NCBI GenBank assembly: GCA_013265495.1
Contig: MU057651.1
Location: 1,499,674-1,563,673, forward strand
DNA length: 64,000 nt
Direction: 5' to 3'
Source: Vicugna vicugna
Taxonomy: Eukaryota
The first letter of the stretch is position 1. Every line of letters starts with the position of its first letter. Shown piece by piece: positions 40,808-54,566 of the stretch. A program made the position numbers and the translations under genes. Under the pieces are notes generated by a model, which was not told where the DNA came from, ran no database searches, and saw only the letters and a program-made list of their open reading frames with translations.

Positions 40808-41675
40808 GACGTAGAATCTATTCAAAATTAGACACAAAGAGAAAAGAGAATTTTTTTTTAATGACAGAGCATCAGTAAGCTGTGGGACTACTTCAAGTGG
40901 CCTAATTAGATAGCTGAAGGAGAAAAGAGGTGAGGAGAGAGAACCAACATTTGAGGAAATAATGGCCCCAAGTTTTTCAAATTTGCTTACAACCATAAGC
41001 CTATAGATACAAAAAGCTCAACTAACCTCATTCATAAGAAAGACAAAGATAACTCCACAAAGACACATCATAAATTGCTCAAAATCAGTGATAAAGAGAA
41101 AACCTTAAACACAACCAGAGGGGGAAAGACATGTTCTGTATGGAAAAACAAACAAAATAAGGAATCAACAGGTTTTTCATGAGAAACAATGCAAGTGAGA
41201 AGGCAGTGGAGGAACATCTTTAATGTATTGGAAAAAAATTGTCGACTTGGATTCCACACCAAGTGACAATATCTTTCCAAACAAAACGTTGTTTCTCATC
41301 ACAAGAAAAAATAATTTTGTAACTATGTATGGCAACAGATGGTAATTAGACTTGCTGTGATGATCATTTCAGTGCATCCAAATATTGAATCATTCTGTAT
41401 GCAAATATACAATTTATAACATACATTTTATAAGTATGCAAATATACAATTTATAACATACATTTTATAAACTATAATTATGTATACAAGTGTATATGTG
41501 TACATTATATATACAAATATACAAAATACAGTATACAAATACTGAATTCATTACACCTGAAACTAATATAATGTCATATGTCAATTATACCTCAATTTAA
41601 AAAATACTGTGTGGACATACATATGTTCATTGGAATTTGACACAACATTGTAAAATGACTATAACTCAAAAAACA
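40808..41675 (+). mobile_element. Old L1 ORF1 relic followed by L1 3' fragments (contains a ~37-bp tandem duplication at ~41397-41470)
   Basis: A-rich L1 ORF1-like sequence; tatgcaaatatacaatttataacatacattttataa occurs twice. Confidence 0.65.
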
Positions 41676-42851
41676 AACACTGTGTGGGAGGAGCTGAAGA
41701 ACATTGCTTTGGTTGTTAGCTTCCTTGTTTGCAAGCCACAGTTCATCCTCTTCCTATTTGAAGGGAGATCTCCCAAGATGTGAAGTATTGGTGGGGCACA
41801 GTGCCTGGCCTCAACTAGAGATGTTTAAGGTTAGAGATCCTCTCTCCCCATTTCTAGGGCAAAGAATCTAGGGCAGCCAACCAAGAGACAAGGATGATCA
41901 GTATCTAGTCACCATAGATTTGCCAATGCTTAGCCTCACCCGCAGTGTCCCACTGTACTCTTCCTGCTGGAGAAAGGTTGTGTGCTTCTTGGTGGCCCCT
42001 GACACCCTTTAGATTCATGTCATCTTCCAAGCCTGGCCCTCTAACCTCTCTTTGATTTTGGGAACTCCCCTCTGCCCCAATATCCTTTCAATACATTTTG
42101 GGGGGGGGACAGTTTGTTTGATCAGGTTAGCTATAGTTGGTTTCTGCTACTTACAATCAAGAGCTGTGATAAAACAGAGAAGAAAAGGGAGAGTTATGGA
42201 GAGAAAATTCTGGAAAGCCTATCAAACTTCAATCAAGCAGGAAACAAATACCTATTTTGTTTGATAAAATTGAAAACCACTGACTTGAAACCTTAGGGTA
42301 ATTTTACTTAGGGTTAAGGAAAAGGAAAGTGTGTTCAATAATTTCTATACAAGAAATAGAGCCTGCTAGTTTGCTCCAGATGCCTGGACTTCGAACTCTT
42401 GGGTGGGTAGGCATTGAGTGTTGTTTTTCTTTTCTCTTGTCAATAGAGCCAAGTTTGGGTTTATAGAGAGTGGAGAGAGTGGCCGTGGCTGTTTGCCACT
42501 GTTAGGTAGTGGGAAAGATGGTACAGGGACCCTGGATTTGGACCTTCCCCAGTCTGGCTCAGATGTTAGGCAACTCTCCATGTCCTGATCCGGGTATCTT
42601 CATCGTTTCCTCTGACAGAAAGACATGTTTCCAAATCCTTACCCATTAATATGGCTGTCTGAGAAATCTATAGCAGTGCTTCCCTTTGCAAGGTGTGGCA
42701 GGCACAGCAAATGGTAAATTGTATAGCGTTCTGTGAGAAATGCACAAACAGGCTGCTTGCGGGCCCAGGTGACTGGCCTGCGGGCTTCTCTATAATCCTG
42801 GCACACTGGTTAGGAAGCTCTAAACTAAAGCAATCAAGATCAAATTCCCAG

Positions 42852-43156
42852 TAATGAAAAAGCATATGAAAAGGAATATATGTATGTATATGTATGACTG
42901 AAACATTATGCTGCACGCCAGACATTGACACAACATTGTAAACTGACTATACTTCAATAAAATTTTTTTTTACTGTAAAGCACAGGAAAATATACACAAG
43001 ATCTTATGGTAGCTCACAGAGAAAAAAAATGTGACAATGAATAATATATGTTCATGTATAACTGAAAAATTGTGCTCTACACTAGAATTTGACACAACAT
43101 TGTAAAATGATTATAAATCAATAAAAAATGTTAAAAAATAATTTAAAAAAAAAAAA
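42852..43156 (+). mobile_element. Two stacked L1 3' tails
   Basis: gacacaacattgtaaa...tcaataaaa occurs twice; poly(A); flanked by caaattc. Confidence 0.8.
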
Positions 43157-43454
43157 ACCAAATTCTCTGTCTGACCATTTCAAGGCCTCTCCAACCTATC
43201 CCAGCCTGCTGTTCTTCCATTGCTACCTGTCCCTTTCCCTCTGTCTAGCCAAGTCTTATTTACTCTAGTTCACGGGTTTTCAAATTGTGATCCAGGAAAA
43301 GGCTCTAAGTTTGGATGGAAGTTAGACTCAAGCCAGGAAAGTTAAAAACACACTGCTCTGGGCCACAGTGACCTCTCCCTCCCCTGATCTTGTCTTGTTT
43401 TGTTTGTCATGGCTCACATTCAGCTTTATATTTAACATTTCATAAATTATATCT

Positions 43455-44112
43455 TTTTTTTTAATTTATGTAGCTTTGCTTTATAACGTTGTATATATTT
43501 CATACATATTTCATCTCTACAACAGCATATTTCAACTTTTGTGTACACTACATTGCTGCATTGTGTTCACCACCAGAAGTTTAGTTTCCATCCATCACCA
43601 CACAGTTTATCCACTTTGCCCTCCCCCAACCCCTTTCCCCACAGGTTACCACTACTGTGGTCTCTGTATCTATGCGTTTGCCTTTGTTTAGTTTGGTTTG
43701 CTCATTTATTATTATTTTTCAGTGAAATCATAAGGTATTTGTCCATCTGACTTGTTTCACTTAGCATAGTACCCACAAGGTCCATCCATGTTGTCCCAAA
43801 TGGCAAGATTTCATCTTTTTATGCCTGAGTGGTATTCCATTGCATGTATATACTACCCCTCCTAATCCATTCATATATCAATGGGCACTTAGGTTGCATT
43901 CTCATCTTGGCTACTGTGAATAATGCTACAGTTAACATAGAGGTGCATATATTTTTTTGAATTAGTGTTTTTGTTTTCTTCAGGTTAATACCCAGAAGTG
44001 GAATTGCTGGATTGTATGGTAGTTCTATTTTTAATTTTTTGAGGACTCTCCATACTGTTTTTCATAGTGGCTTCACCATCTTACATTCCCATCAACAGTG
44101 CATCAGAGTTCT
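43455..44112 (-). mobile_element. L1 antisense 3' fragment
   Basis: ggtccatccatgttgtcccaaatggcaagatt...atacccagaagtggaattgctgg. Confidence 0.85.
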
Positions 44113-44584
44113 TATAGTTTATATCTTGTCTTAGCTTCCCAGTGAAAATGGAAAATTTTGGAAAGCACAGTGCCAAGCTCACTCTTAGCGCTTCATAAAC
44201 ACTCATTGAATGAATTAATTAATGTATGAATGAAAATAGTTAACATTTATTGATTGCTATGTGACAGATGCCATGTGACATGGTTTGCATGCATTGTCTC
44301 ATTTGATCCTCATGACAAACCAATGAAGTGGATTTTGTTAATATATTTGTTTCATAAATTAGGAAACTAAGGCTCAGAAGACTTAAGTGACTTATTCAAG
44401 ATCACATAACCAGTAACTGGTCGGCTGATATTTAAACTACTACTAGTCTCAAAGGTAGCATAAGCCAGGGAGAGATAATGTTAAGGACTTTAAAGATTTA
44501 TAGTTCTGTATTGTGCTGTGCACCAGAAATTGACACAACATTGTAAACTGACTGTACTTCAATAAAAATGCATAAAAAAAGATT

Positions 44585-45260
44585 TTTTATTATTCATAGT
44601 CTTTATTTTTTTTTAAAGCAGTTTCAGGTTCACAGCAGAATTGAGCAGAAAATACAGAGAGTTTACACATAGCCCTCCCCACCCACACATACATACTCCC
44701 GTACCCTCAACATCCCTCATCAGTGTGGCATGTTTGGTACAATTGATGAATCAACACGGGCACATTATTATCAGCCAAAGTCCATAGTTTACATTAGGGT
44801 TCACTCTTTTTTTTAACATTTTTATTGAGTTATATTCATTTTACAATGTTTGTTGTGTCAAATTCCAGTGTAGAGCACAATTTTTCAGTTATACGTGAAC
44901 ATACATATATTCATTGTCACATTTTTTTTCGCTGTGAGGTGGGTTCGCTCTTGATGTTGTACATTCTATGGGTTTTGACAAATGCATAATGACATGTAGC
45001 CACCACTATAGTATCATACAGAATAATTTCATTGCCCTAAAAATCTTCTTGTGCTCCGTCTATTCATTCCTCCCTCCCTCCCACTCCCCAAACCCCTGGA
45101 AACCTTGATCTTTTTATTGTTTCTGTAGCTGTGCCTTTTCCAGAATGTCATTTGGTTGGAATTGTACAGTTTGTAGCCTTTTCAGACTGGCTTCTTTCAT
45201 TTAGTAATATGTCTTTAAAGTTTCTTCCATGTCTTTCATGGTTTGATAGATCATTTCTTT
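44585..45260 (-). mobile_element. Old L1M antisense 3' UTR with a nested younger L1 tail (~44805-44938)
   Basis: gcagtttcaggttcacagcagaattgagcagaaaatacagagag...; nested insert flanked by gggttc(a/g)ctctt. Confidence 0.75.
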
Positions 45261-45436
45261 TTTTTTACTGCACACATATTTTTTAATTTACATGTCTGTA
45301 TGTTCATTGTTTCTAAGAATGTTTAGAACTTTAGCTTTTTAAATTTACATAGTTATCAAAGGAATAAATATATATATATATATAGTGGAAGGGCATCCTA
45401 AGTACACATCAATAGTTGAATGGATAAAGATGCAGT

Positions 45437-45470
<34 letters not shown>

Positions 45471-46884
45471 AGTGGAATACAACTCACCCATAAGAAGGAA
45501 AGATATTTTGCCATTTGCAGCCCTTCATTCACTTTTTTTTAATGTAAAAAAAGATTTAAAGTTCTGAAGTATTAGATGTTCTCTGACAGAGTTGGCAGGT
45601 AAAGTATCGTTTTAAATTTAGTTTTATTGAACAAAGAAGGAAATGAAAAACCAACACCAAATTAGGGCCATTGGTTCACTTTCTGCTGGCACCCTCTCTC
45701 CCTCCAAACTCTTTGCCAGACATACAGCACGTTTCTATTGAGTGAGAGCAGTAGCCCACGTTCATTTACAAAGCCCTAATTAAGCACTACATGTAAAGGA
45801 GTTTGCCATGGTTCCCAGATACTAAAATGTGTACATGTGAACCAGCTGTTTATGTAGAAGCTAGCACAGTGCCTGGCACATGCATAACAGGTCCTTAATA
45901 AATGAATCATTCATGTTATTGTTGGTGTTATTAAAAAGGATGTATGCACAATGTTTTGTGTGAGTTCATAGTTCCTGACTCACGTAAGCCTTAACATCCT
46001 TCTCTTGAATTAGATGATTTTACTGCATGTTAACAAATGAAGGAACTAAAGCTCAGAGTGGTTAAGATTTCTTCAAAGCCACACTGATCTAATACCAAAA
46101 CCCATGCCCTTTATAATACCCAATACCGATAAATAACATGTATATCAATACAAATAAATGGACCATAAAGGAACACGGCAACCAGTTCTTATCAATGCCC
46201 TAGAAAAAATGCCTATGGTTTTAATTCAACTGAAGGATGAAATTCAGAGCTGTTGGTGGCCCCCTCCAGTAGCTCAATCAGACTTTACAGATGATAGAAA
46301 CTTGGAGAACAGATCTTCTACCCATCCAGAAGCCAAAGTCCACTTGAGGCTGGCCTAATGCCCATTTAACAGCAGATTACAGGGCTCTGTCCTAACCTTA
46401 ACATGGGGAATATAGTCAATATTTTTTAACTGTAAATGGAGCATAACCTTTAAAAATTGTGAATCACTATATTGTACACCTGTAACTTACATAATATTAT
46501 ACACCTGTAACTTACATAATATTGTACAGAAATTATACTTCAATAACAAAAGAATCTTCTTGCTTGGTTACAGCCAGTGAGGAGCAAGCCAGTGAACCAA
46601 GGAGTCTCTGCGGAGAAAGAGATAAATAAGGTTGTTCATTCATAATACAGTGCTTAGGCAGAGACTGCTCGTTGACTCCCCACAGTATCTATCCTCACAT
46701 TTTTCTATAGTAATAGGAGCTTTAAGTGCATATGATAGGCCAGGTAAAAACTGCATTTTTCAACATCCCGTGCAGCCAGGTGCAGCTGAGTGACTGGGTT
46801 CTTAGCCAACATGACTCAAATAGAAGGGATATGTGCAACTTCTGAGTTGTGCCTTTAAAAGAAAGAAGCATATATTCCATTCCT

Positions 46885-47655
46885 CTCCATAGGTGAGGGA
46901 GATTAAGAGGTACAAACTTACAGTTGCAAAATAAAATGAGTCATAAGTATGAAATGCACAGAGTGGGGAATATAGTCAATAACTGTGTAATATCTTCATA
47001 TGATGACAGATGATAACTAGACTCGTTTTGATCATTTTGAAACATATAGAAACACCAAATCACTATGTTGTAACAGGAACTAACATAGTGTTGTAGGTCA
47101 ATTACAGTACAAAAACCAAACAAACTCATAGAAAAAGAGATGAGATTTGTAGTTACCAGAGGTAGGTGGGTCGGGGGAGGCGGAATTAGATTAAGATAGT
47201 CAAAAGATATAAACTTCCAGTTATAAAATAAATAAATACTAGGGATATAATATACAACATGATAAAGATACAATTAACACTACTGTGTGTTATAGATGAA
47301 AGTTAAGAGAGTAAATCCTAAGAGTTCTCATCACAAGGGAAAAATATTTTTTCTCTTTCTTTAATTTTGTATCTCACTTCTTTTTTGGAGGGGAGGGGAG
47401 TAAGTAATTAGGTTTTTTTTAATTTACTTTAATGGAAGTACTGGAGATGGAACCCAGGTCTTCATCCATGCTAGGCATGTACTCTAACCATTGACTTACA
47501 TCCTTCCCCCTAATTTTGTATCTCTATGAGGTGACAGATGCTGAAGAAACTTGTGATGATCATTTCAAGAGTTTTGTAAGTCAAATCATTATGCTATACA
47601 CCTTAAACTTATACAGTGCTATACGTCAATTATATTTCAATAAAATTGGAAGAAG
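46885..47655 (+). mobile_element. L1 3' UTR fragments with a nested antisense vic-1-type SINE (~47380-47510), inside an MLT1-like LTR
   Basis: gggagattaagaggtacaaact...; SINE TSD taattttgtatctc; outer TSD aaagaagcat. Confidence 0.7.
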
Positions 47656-49251
47656 AAAATTTGAAAGAAGCATGCCTTTCACTGCCCATGTGCTCCTTTC
47701 TGTGAGCTGGACTATTAAGGCAGCGAGCAACAAGATGGAAGGAGCCTGTGCCCTTAACATCCCCAAACCTCCATGTCAGCCCTGGACCACTTACTGGGAC
47801 TATTAAGTGAGTGAAAAAGAAGCTTCTATCCTGTTCTAGTACAATATTTTGGTGTCTTTTATTAGAGCAGTTGAGCATGTGACTAACTAATTAGAGTACT
47901 AATGGGAAGATTGTTCTGGAAGATTGGCTCCTTTGGGTATTTGGTTCTGACTGGTTAGAGATAGAAGGACCTTTATCTGTCATCTAATCCCAGGTTCTAC
48001 TATTTCAGATGGGACCCAGAGAGGAGAAAAGAATTTGTCAAAGACTATCCATTTAATTGGGGTTACCATCTGTTGCCATCCAGGGAGGCGATTCTCTTTA
48101 TTTCTGTACTTGGCATTATTAGAGGCCAACAGTAATACACTTTCTAAAAATAACAAACTCAACTTGTCCTCGTTTCTAGAGACACCAATTTCTAAAAGCA
48201 GGTCTGTGGCAGCCCCATGAAGGCCAGCCCGCTGGCGGACTGTGGTGCTTGATGTTTTCAAAAAGCAACCATATTACGAAGTGATCCTTTGAACTATAAA
48301 AATAGGGACACCCAGTGTTTAGAATAATAATAGTAACAGGACTTTTTTTTAATTGCATTTTTCCCCAGGGAATCCACATAAACGTAGAACCATATATCCA
48401 GCACTGATTTGGTAAAAGTGGGAGTTAGAGAACTTGGCTGAAGTAAACACTGAGTCGGCAAGGTTGGCAGTTGTATGACAAGCCTTCAGAGTGTACATCA
48501 AGCATCTGTTACAAGGAAAGCGTGCTCTGAATTCACTCACTTTTGTAACAGAGCGTCAACCCCAAACCAATATCAAGTGTCCAGAATGCTGAAAAGCCAG
48601 GTACGCCGAAGAGTCCGATTTACCTTCGGCAAATAGGGGTGAGTGGCAAAGATGGTATATGAGAACAGGGAAAGATTTTAAAAAAAGATCTGGTGACACA
48701 CGATGTTACAGATAGATGGCATTCCTCCACCGCGCTGACACTGCCTCTTGTGACCATTTGGCGGTGTCTCTTAAGAACTACCAAGTACTATTAGAACCAG
48801 CTTTAGAATGATTGTTAGAGGCAGGGTATAGGAAAGGCTCAGATCATGGCCTTTGGAAATGGATAGACTAAGGTTCGCATCCCTGCTCTGCCACTTCCTA
48901 GATGTTTTTCCTTCACTTCTCCAAGCCTCGATCTTCTCTGTGAGATACAGATAATAGTCCCTGCCTCACTTGGCCACTGAAAGGATTTGATATGCCATAG
49001 TCATGTCCAAAGCACTTAGCATGGAGGCTAGCATAGAGTAAACGATCAATTGTATGCTCTGCCATGATTGTGGCTTTTACATGGGATCTATTTGAGCAGA
49101 AGGAGTAGGAATCCCTAAACAAAGGCCCCCTTTGGTAAAGGCAGCAGCTGTTACCTTTTATGGAATAACAGATTTACCCAGTAAACAAGAGGAAAATGCA
49201 GATGCCTGGGTCCTACTGCCAGAGATTCCAATTCAGTGATGTGAGGTGAAC

Positions 49252-49565
49252 TTTTTTTTTACTTACTAGATTACTTGTTTATTATAAAAGAATATAACTC
49301 AGGAACAGTAGATGGAAGAGATGCATGGGGCAGGGTGTGGGGAAGGGTCGAGGAGCATCCATACTCTCTGTGTTTTGTTTTGTTTTGTTTAGGGGAGGGT
49401 AATTAGGTTTATTGATTTTAATGGAGGTACTGGAGATTGAATCCAGGACTTCATGCATGTTAAGCACACACTCTATTGTTGAGCTATACCCTCCCCCACT
49501 CATACCTTCTCTGAGAGCAACGGTCTCCCCAAATCTCCACGTGTTCACCAGTCCAGAAGCTCCCA
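49252..49565 (-). mobile_element. Poly(A)-tailed MER21-like LTR fragment with a nested vic-1-type SINE (~49370-49497)
   Basis: Minus strand ...cttttatAATAAAcaagtaatctagtaagt(A)9; aggtgaa duplicated at both ends. Confidence 0.7.
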
Positions 49566-50264
49566 AGGTGAAGCGTTTTTTTCACAAGCTTTCCAGATGA
49601 TTCTAGTATATGTGTTCCAAGAACTGTACTTTGAGGAAGAGAAGCCTGGGGTCCTAGAATCTAGGGTCACAGGATGCGTGTACAGGACCCGGGGAAAGGC
49701 TGTCAGATGATTTCAACAATCGAGCAGTTCTTGGCTAAAGACTGTGAAACTGACAAAATCCGAGTTTACCCTCTGGCTTGGGAATGGGGGTGGGGGTGAA
49801 GGTCTCCAAGCTCTGGGCTCTCTTGGTTCCTTTAGGTCATCTATGTCTCGGAGTTGAAAAACTTCCAATTTAATTTCCTACCGCTGCTTTTACCTGCAAC
49901 TTTCTGAAGGCTCTCGCTCCCACTTTTCCCTCTCAGGAAACACAAGTGATTGCTGACCAGACAGAAGGGAGGCTGTTATAGCTATGGTTCATTAAGCTGT
50001 TAAGTGAGGAGCACTCCACTTAACAATTGTTTTGTTCTCATCAAAATTAGAACTAGAGAGTGGCTGATAATGGGAAAAAAGAATGCATCTTCTCTGCCTG
50101 GTGCGCACAGCCCCCGCAGTTCAAAATCCCAGGTTCCCCTGATGACTCTCTGAATTCTTCAACCAGGATATTCGTCCTTTTTGTGTTGAAATCAGACATG
50201 AGGACAACAGACAAACTCTCCTGTTACTTTATCCAAGATCCCACAAAATGATTAAGTCGGTTTT

Positions 50265-50266
<2 letters not shown>

Positions 50267-50298
<32 letters not shown>
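50267..50298. repeat. (CA)n microsatellite
   Basis: Direct observation. Confidence 0.95.
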
Positions 50299-50300
<2 letters not shown>

Positions 50301-51649
50301 CATCTTTATTTGGCTAAGATAGTGAGAACAAGGTTGAAGTCACTACGAAAGAATCTGTTAAGCTTTAAGATTGACAAGGTTTGCTTTGACACCATCCCAC
50401 CTTACTTCCATGATAAATAACAGGTGACAGAGACAGCAACCATCTCACAGAGGCCATAACTGAAAAAGTAAATCCCTAATATTGGACAAGAGATTCTAGG
50501 GTAGGAGGACTTTGAGGGGTCACTTGTTCCTTCTAGAAGGCCTTGGTTTTCTCAACGAGGCTTTCTGTACATGGTGAAATGTATTGACAGAGTACGAATT
50601 ACATCTCCATTGAGATTTACCCACCCCAAATCCTCTCCCTTAGGAGTTTGGTCTGCAGTAGTGAGTCACTAGCTACACCTTCCCTTCTCCAGCAAGCCCA
50701 TTAAAACCTCAAGGTTTTTCTTTTTCCAGATTTTGGATTCAATTAGATGCATAGAGAACATTGGCCTTTCTCCATTCTGTGGAAAGAGGTCAGTGGCTCA
50801 CAATAGCTTGGAGAACAGTTTGTTTAATTCTGATATTTTCTGAAAGTCTACCATTCTAAGACCTTAGAGATCTGGTATTTCACACCAGCTAGGTTGCACA
50901 ATCTTTCCCAGATGTGCCCTATCTGCCCCAGCTAGAGACCACTGTATCCTGCCCTCAGCACCCCACACTTGCTTGTTGATGATAATCACAGGTCGCAGAG
51001 TGCTGGCCCAGGAGTGAGGAGACCTAGGTTCCAGTTTCAGCTCTGCTACCAACATGCTGTGTAACCTTGAGCAAGTCCATTCCCCACCTGAGAATCGATT
51101 TCCTCATCTGTAAAGTGAGGAAGAAGATCTCTAAGGGTCGCACCGGCTCTGCCATTCTCGGAGTTTTAACATAAAGGCTTAATCAAATGTAAATGAGTCC
51201 TGTCACATCAGCTACCCCTAAGCCAGTGGTTCTTAAGTTCCAGTGTGCCTAGAATCAGCCAGGGAAGAAACTCTAGTTTTAGAAACGTATCCTACAATTG
51301 AAAATGATGCATCTACAAGATAATTCCTTGCATCCATTGATTGTATTAGTTAGCAGACGATGAAAAACAGCCCATGCGTCCATCAAAAAGTGACTGGGGA
51401 AATCATAAAGTCTTGTACAACCATATAACAGAATAGTACACAGCTGTGAAAACTAGTAAGGAAGTTCTCTATGGCAGATAGGGAAAGATCTTTAAGTTAT
51501 ATATATGTTTTTAAAGATGAAGAACAGTGTGTAAAGAGGGCTCACTTTTGTGGGGGGAATGGAAAATAAACATCTGCTTTTGCTTGATATCTGAAAAAGT
51601 CTCTGATAAAGAAAATTTGAAAGGATTCATAAGAAATGAATAGCAGTGT

Positions 51650-51779
51650 GGGGGGAGGGTATAGCTCAGTGGTAGAGTGCACGCTTAGCACTCACAAGGT
51701 CCTGGGTTCAATCCCCAGTATCTCCATTAAGTAAACAAACAAACAAACCAAATTACCCCCTGAAAAGAATTTTAAAAAA
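51650..51779 (+). mobile_element. vic-1-type SINE within an L1 relic within a MER5-like element
   Basis: ggggagggtatagctcagtggtagagtgc...gggttcaatccccag; TSD aaatga(a/t)tagcagtg. Confidence 0.88.
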
Positions 51780-54353
51780 TGATTAGCAGTGGTTACCTAG
51801 GTTTGCATGGTAGATGGGGGTGGGGTAAGGTCAGAACTGGGCAGCTGAGGACAGAGATGGGAGAGAAACTTTCACTCTATACAGTTTTTTATATTTTTAA
51901 AGTTTTGCACCATGTGAATATATTGTCTGTTCAAAAATTATATAATACAATAACAATCCATTTGAAAGCTAGTTAAAAATGCTGAGTTTCATGAGTCAGG
52001 ACTCCAGGGGTTCAGAATCTGCATTTTTAACTGGCTCCCTGACCCCTGGTCCCCCATCGTAGATTCTGATGTAACTGGTGAGTGAAATACAGTTAAAATA
52101 ACCACTGGCCTAAACACTTTGCAAAACAGGAAGAGTGGCAAAGATGCTTGTAGTGTAAGGGAGGGCCTTCTTGTTCACGATTTCTTTACCAAGCAGCCCC
52201 ATATCACTCTGAAATTCTAAGGCTTCCAAATCTATACTTTACCTTTCCACTTTCCTACATCTTCCAGTGATGTGACTAAACCTTCTCTGGGAAATTCTGA
52301 GATTTTTTGACAGTGGAAAACATGAGGTCTCCAGCACCTATGTTTGTGTGGCTTTTCTCTTTCACGGGATCAGGCTAGCAGCACTTGCTCGTTTGGAGGA
52401 ATAGGGTGGTTGGGAAAGAGCAAACCCCTTCCAAAAGATAATATCAAAGAGTGACTTCACTTGCCCTGCCAGGCTGCTGCCAGCTGGCCTGCACAGCGGT
52501 GTCCTTTGCAGAGCCAGCCCCAGGAGTAGCAGCAGTAACACAACCCCTGCCTCCTGTTAAGGAGAACTGCCCGTGGATTTCGAGTCAGGGTGTGGACAAT
52601 ATGCAGGTTTTGCCTGGAGCTGGTTTATACTGATCCTTTGTCTGAGCCAAATCGATGAACTTTTTAAAATAATATTAAGCGACCTTTATTGCTTATGGCT
52701 GTTAAACACTTACCATGTTACCTTACTTATTTTTTCAGTCCTGCTATGTAAGTGTTTTTATCTCCATTTCACAGATATGGAAGCCAAGGCTTAAGTAGGT
52801 GAAGTCACTAGTCACAGTCCACACAGCTAACAGGCAACACAGCTGAGATTTCCATTCAGACAGTCTGATGCTAGGGTGTACTCCTAACCAATTGGTTAGG
52901 GTCATGACTGCTCAAAGCCAAGACTCAGTCACTCAGTAAGAAGTTCCTGCAACTCTGTCCCAGGAGCTCAGGGAATCTCCGTAGGCTCTGCCTTTCACTC
53001 ACTGTCCTGATTCCTCATGTTCTGGTCGGCTGGGCCTGCTCTTCTTACTAACGTTGAAAAGCCCAGAGTCTCTCTCTTTGGTCTGCCCCACCGCCCATTG
53101 GGATTGGCACTTCAGTTGGACTGTCCAATGAGATTCAGTGTTCAGCTTCTCCCTTGATCACTGGTTTTCAGATCACCTCTGGCTTCAGGCTCTCAAGCCC
53201 CCAGGCAGGTCTAACTCCAAGCTCAATCCTGATTTCCAGCCCAGGCCCTCAGCATGGGTGTAAAATCCTGGCATCCTACCAGGAAGAGAAGACCAGGCTC
53301 TCTGGGTCTCCCCTAGACTCTTCTTTCTCAACTAGCTGCTTCTGCTGACCTCTTGGCCTCAGTCATGTGCAACAAGGCCTCCCAAGCTTTGTCAGCAAGT
53401 TGACTTCCTCCTCTAGCATCCCACAAAGGAAAAAAGCCATCAGCAATGACCTACTGGTGGTCCAACATTGTACCTTGGAGCTATAACTTCATGATGGCAT
53501 TTGCTGTACTTCCCAACTAACAATTGGCATGCAGTGTGGAGGCAGGAGAAGAAATTTCTAATACAACAACCATAGTTCAAGGACTTTTTTTGTTTTTTCA
53601 AGAGTGGGGATGAATTTGTACCAAACCAATGACTTGTTACTGCCTTGTTCCATGGTGGGATGCATTTGAAGACCGTTGGCTATAGTAGGGGAGGGCTGGA
53701 GTGTTTGGACATGTGATAGGGTAAAACAAACTGGTCCAGCCTCAGAGTGATCTTTAACCAATGGTGTTAACTAGATCCAGATAGGGAGACAATAACAACA
53801 CCAGCTCAATGTTGGAGAACAGTTGCTTGATTCTGTTAGCCACAGTGAGACCCTAACCTTGCTTTGCTAATTTGTACTTTTTAGCATTTCCATGTAATCA
53901 GCCAAGTCCTAGGGGCTATGTGGAGTGAGACCACTTTATCTCCTTTTGCTGCTTTGACCACATCCTTCCCCTTCTCAAAACCATCCAGCAGTTCTCTTAG
54001 TAGAACAACAGAAAAACTAGGTCCCACCCATGGTCTGTTAACACAGTGTTGACACCCTGGGATTGGGAGCCCAAAAGCCTGAGTTTTGAATCCTAGCCCC
54101 ACTACTAACAACCTGTTTAATTTTGGGCAAGATACTAAATCTCTCTGTTTCCCAGTTTCTTCCTTTGTAAAATGCGAATAATAATGCCACCAGTCTTATT
54201 GGGTTGTTATGAGTGGTAAATGAATTAATATCTGTAAAGCACTTGGAACAGTGTCTGACCATAGTAAGTGCCATGGAAATGTTTGTCAAATAAATCAATA
54301 ATAAGGGTATTCAGCTGTTAAACAGATTATGTGTTGAGTATCCATGAACTAGG

Positions 54354-54566
54354 CAGGGGTTGTCCAATTTTGCTGTAGGGGGCCACATAGTAAATGATTT
54401 TTCAGGCTTTGAAGGCCACATGATCTCTTGCAGCTACTCAAGTCCACCATTCTAGTGGGAAAGCCGGCATAGACAGTATGCAAATGAAGGGGTGTGGCTT
54501 GCACCAATCCCAATTTATTTATAAAAACAGACTTTGGGCTCACAGGCCATAGGTTTGCTACCCCTG
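54354..54566 (+). mobile_element. MER58-like hAT MITE
   Basis: TIRs caggggttg.../...ctacccctg; internal ggccacatagtaaat...tgtggct...tttatttataaaaacag. Confidence 0.8.

Noticed and set aside
46476..46530. 25-bp tandem duplication in an L1 tail
   Set aside because: Ordinary slippage duplication within a repeat
51655..51720. tRNA-like sequences (also at 4390, 28835 and others)
   Set aside because: Heads of tRNA-derived SINEs with tails and TSDs, not functional tRNA genes
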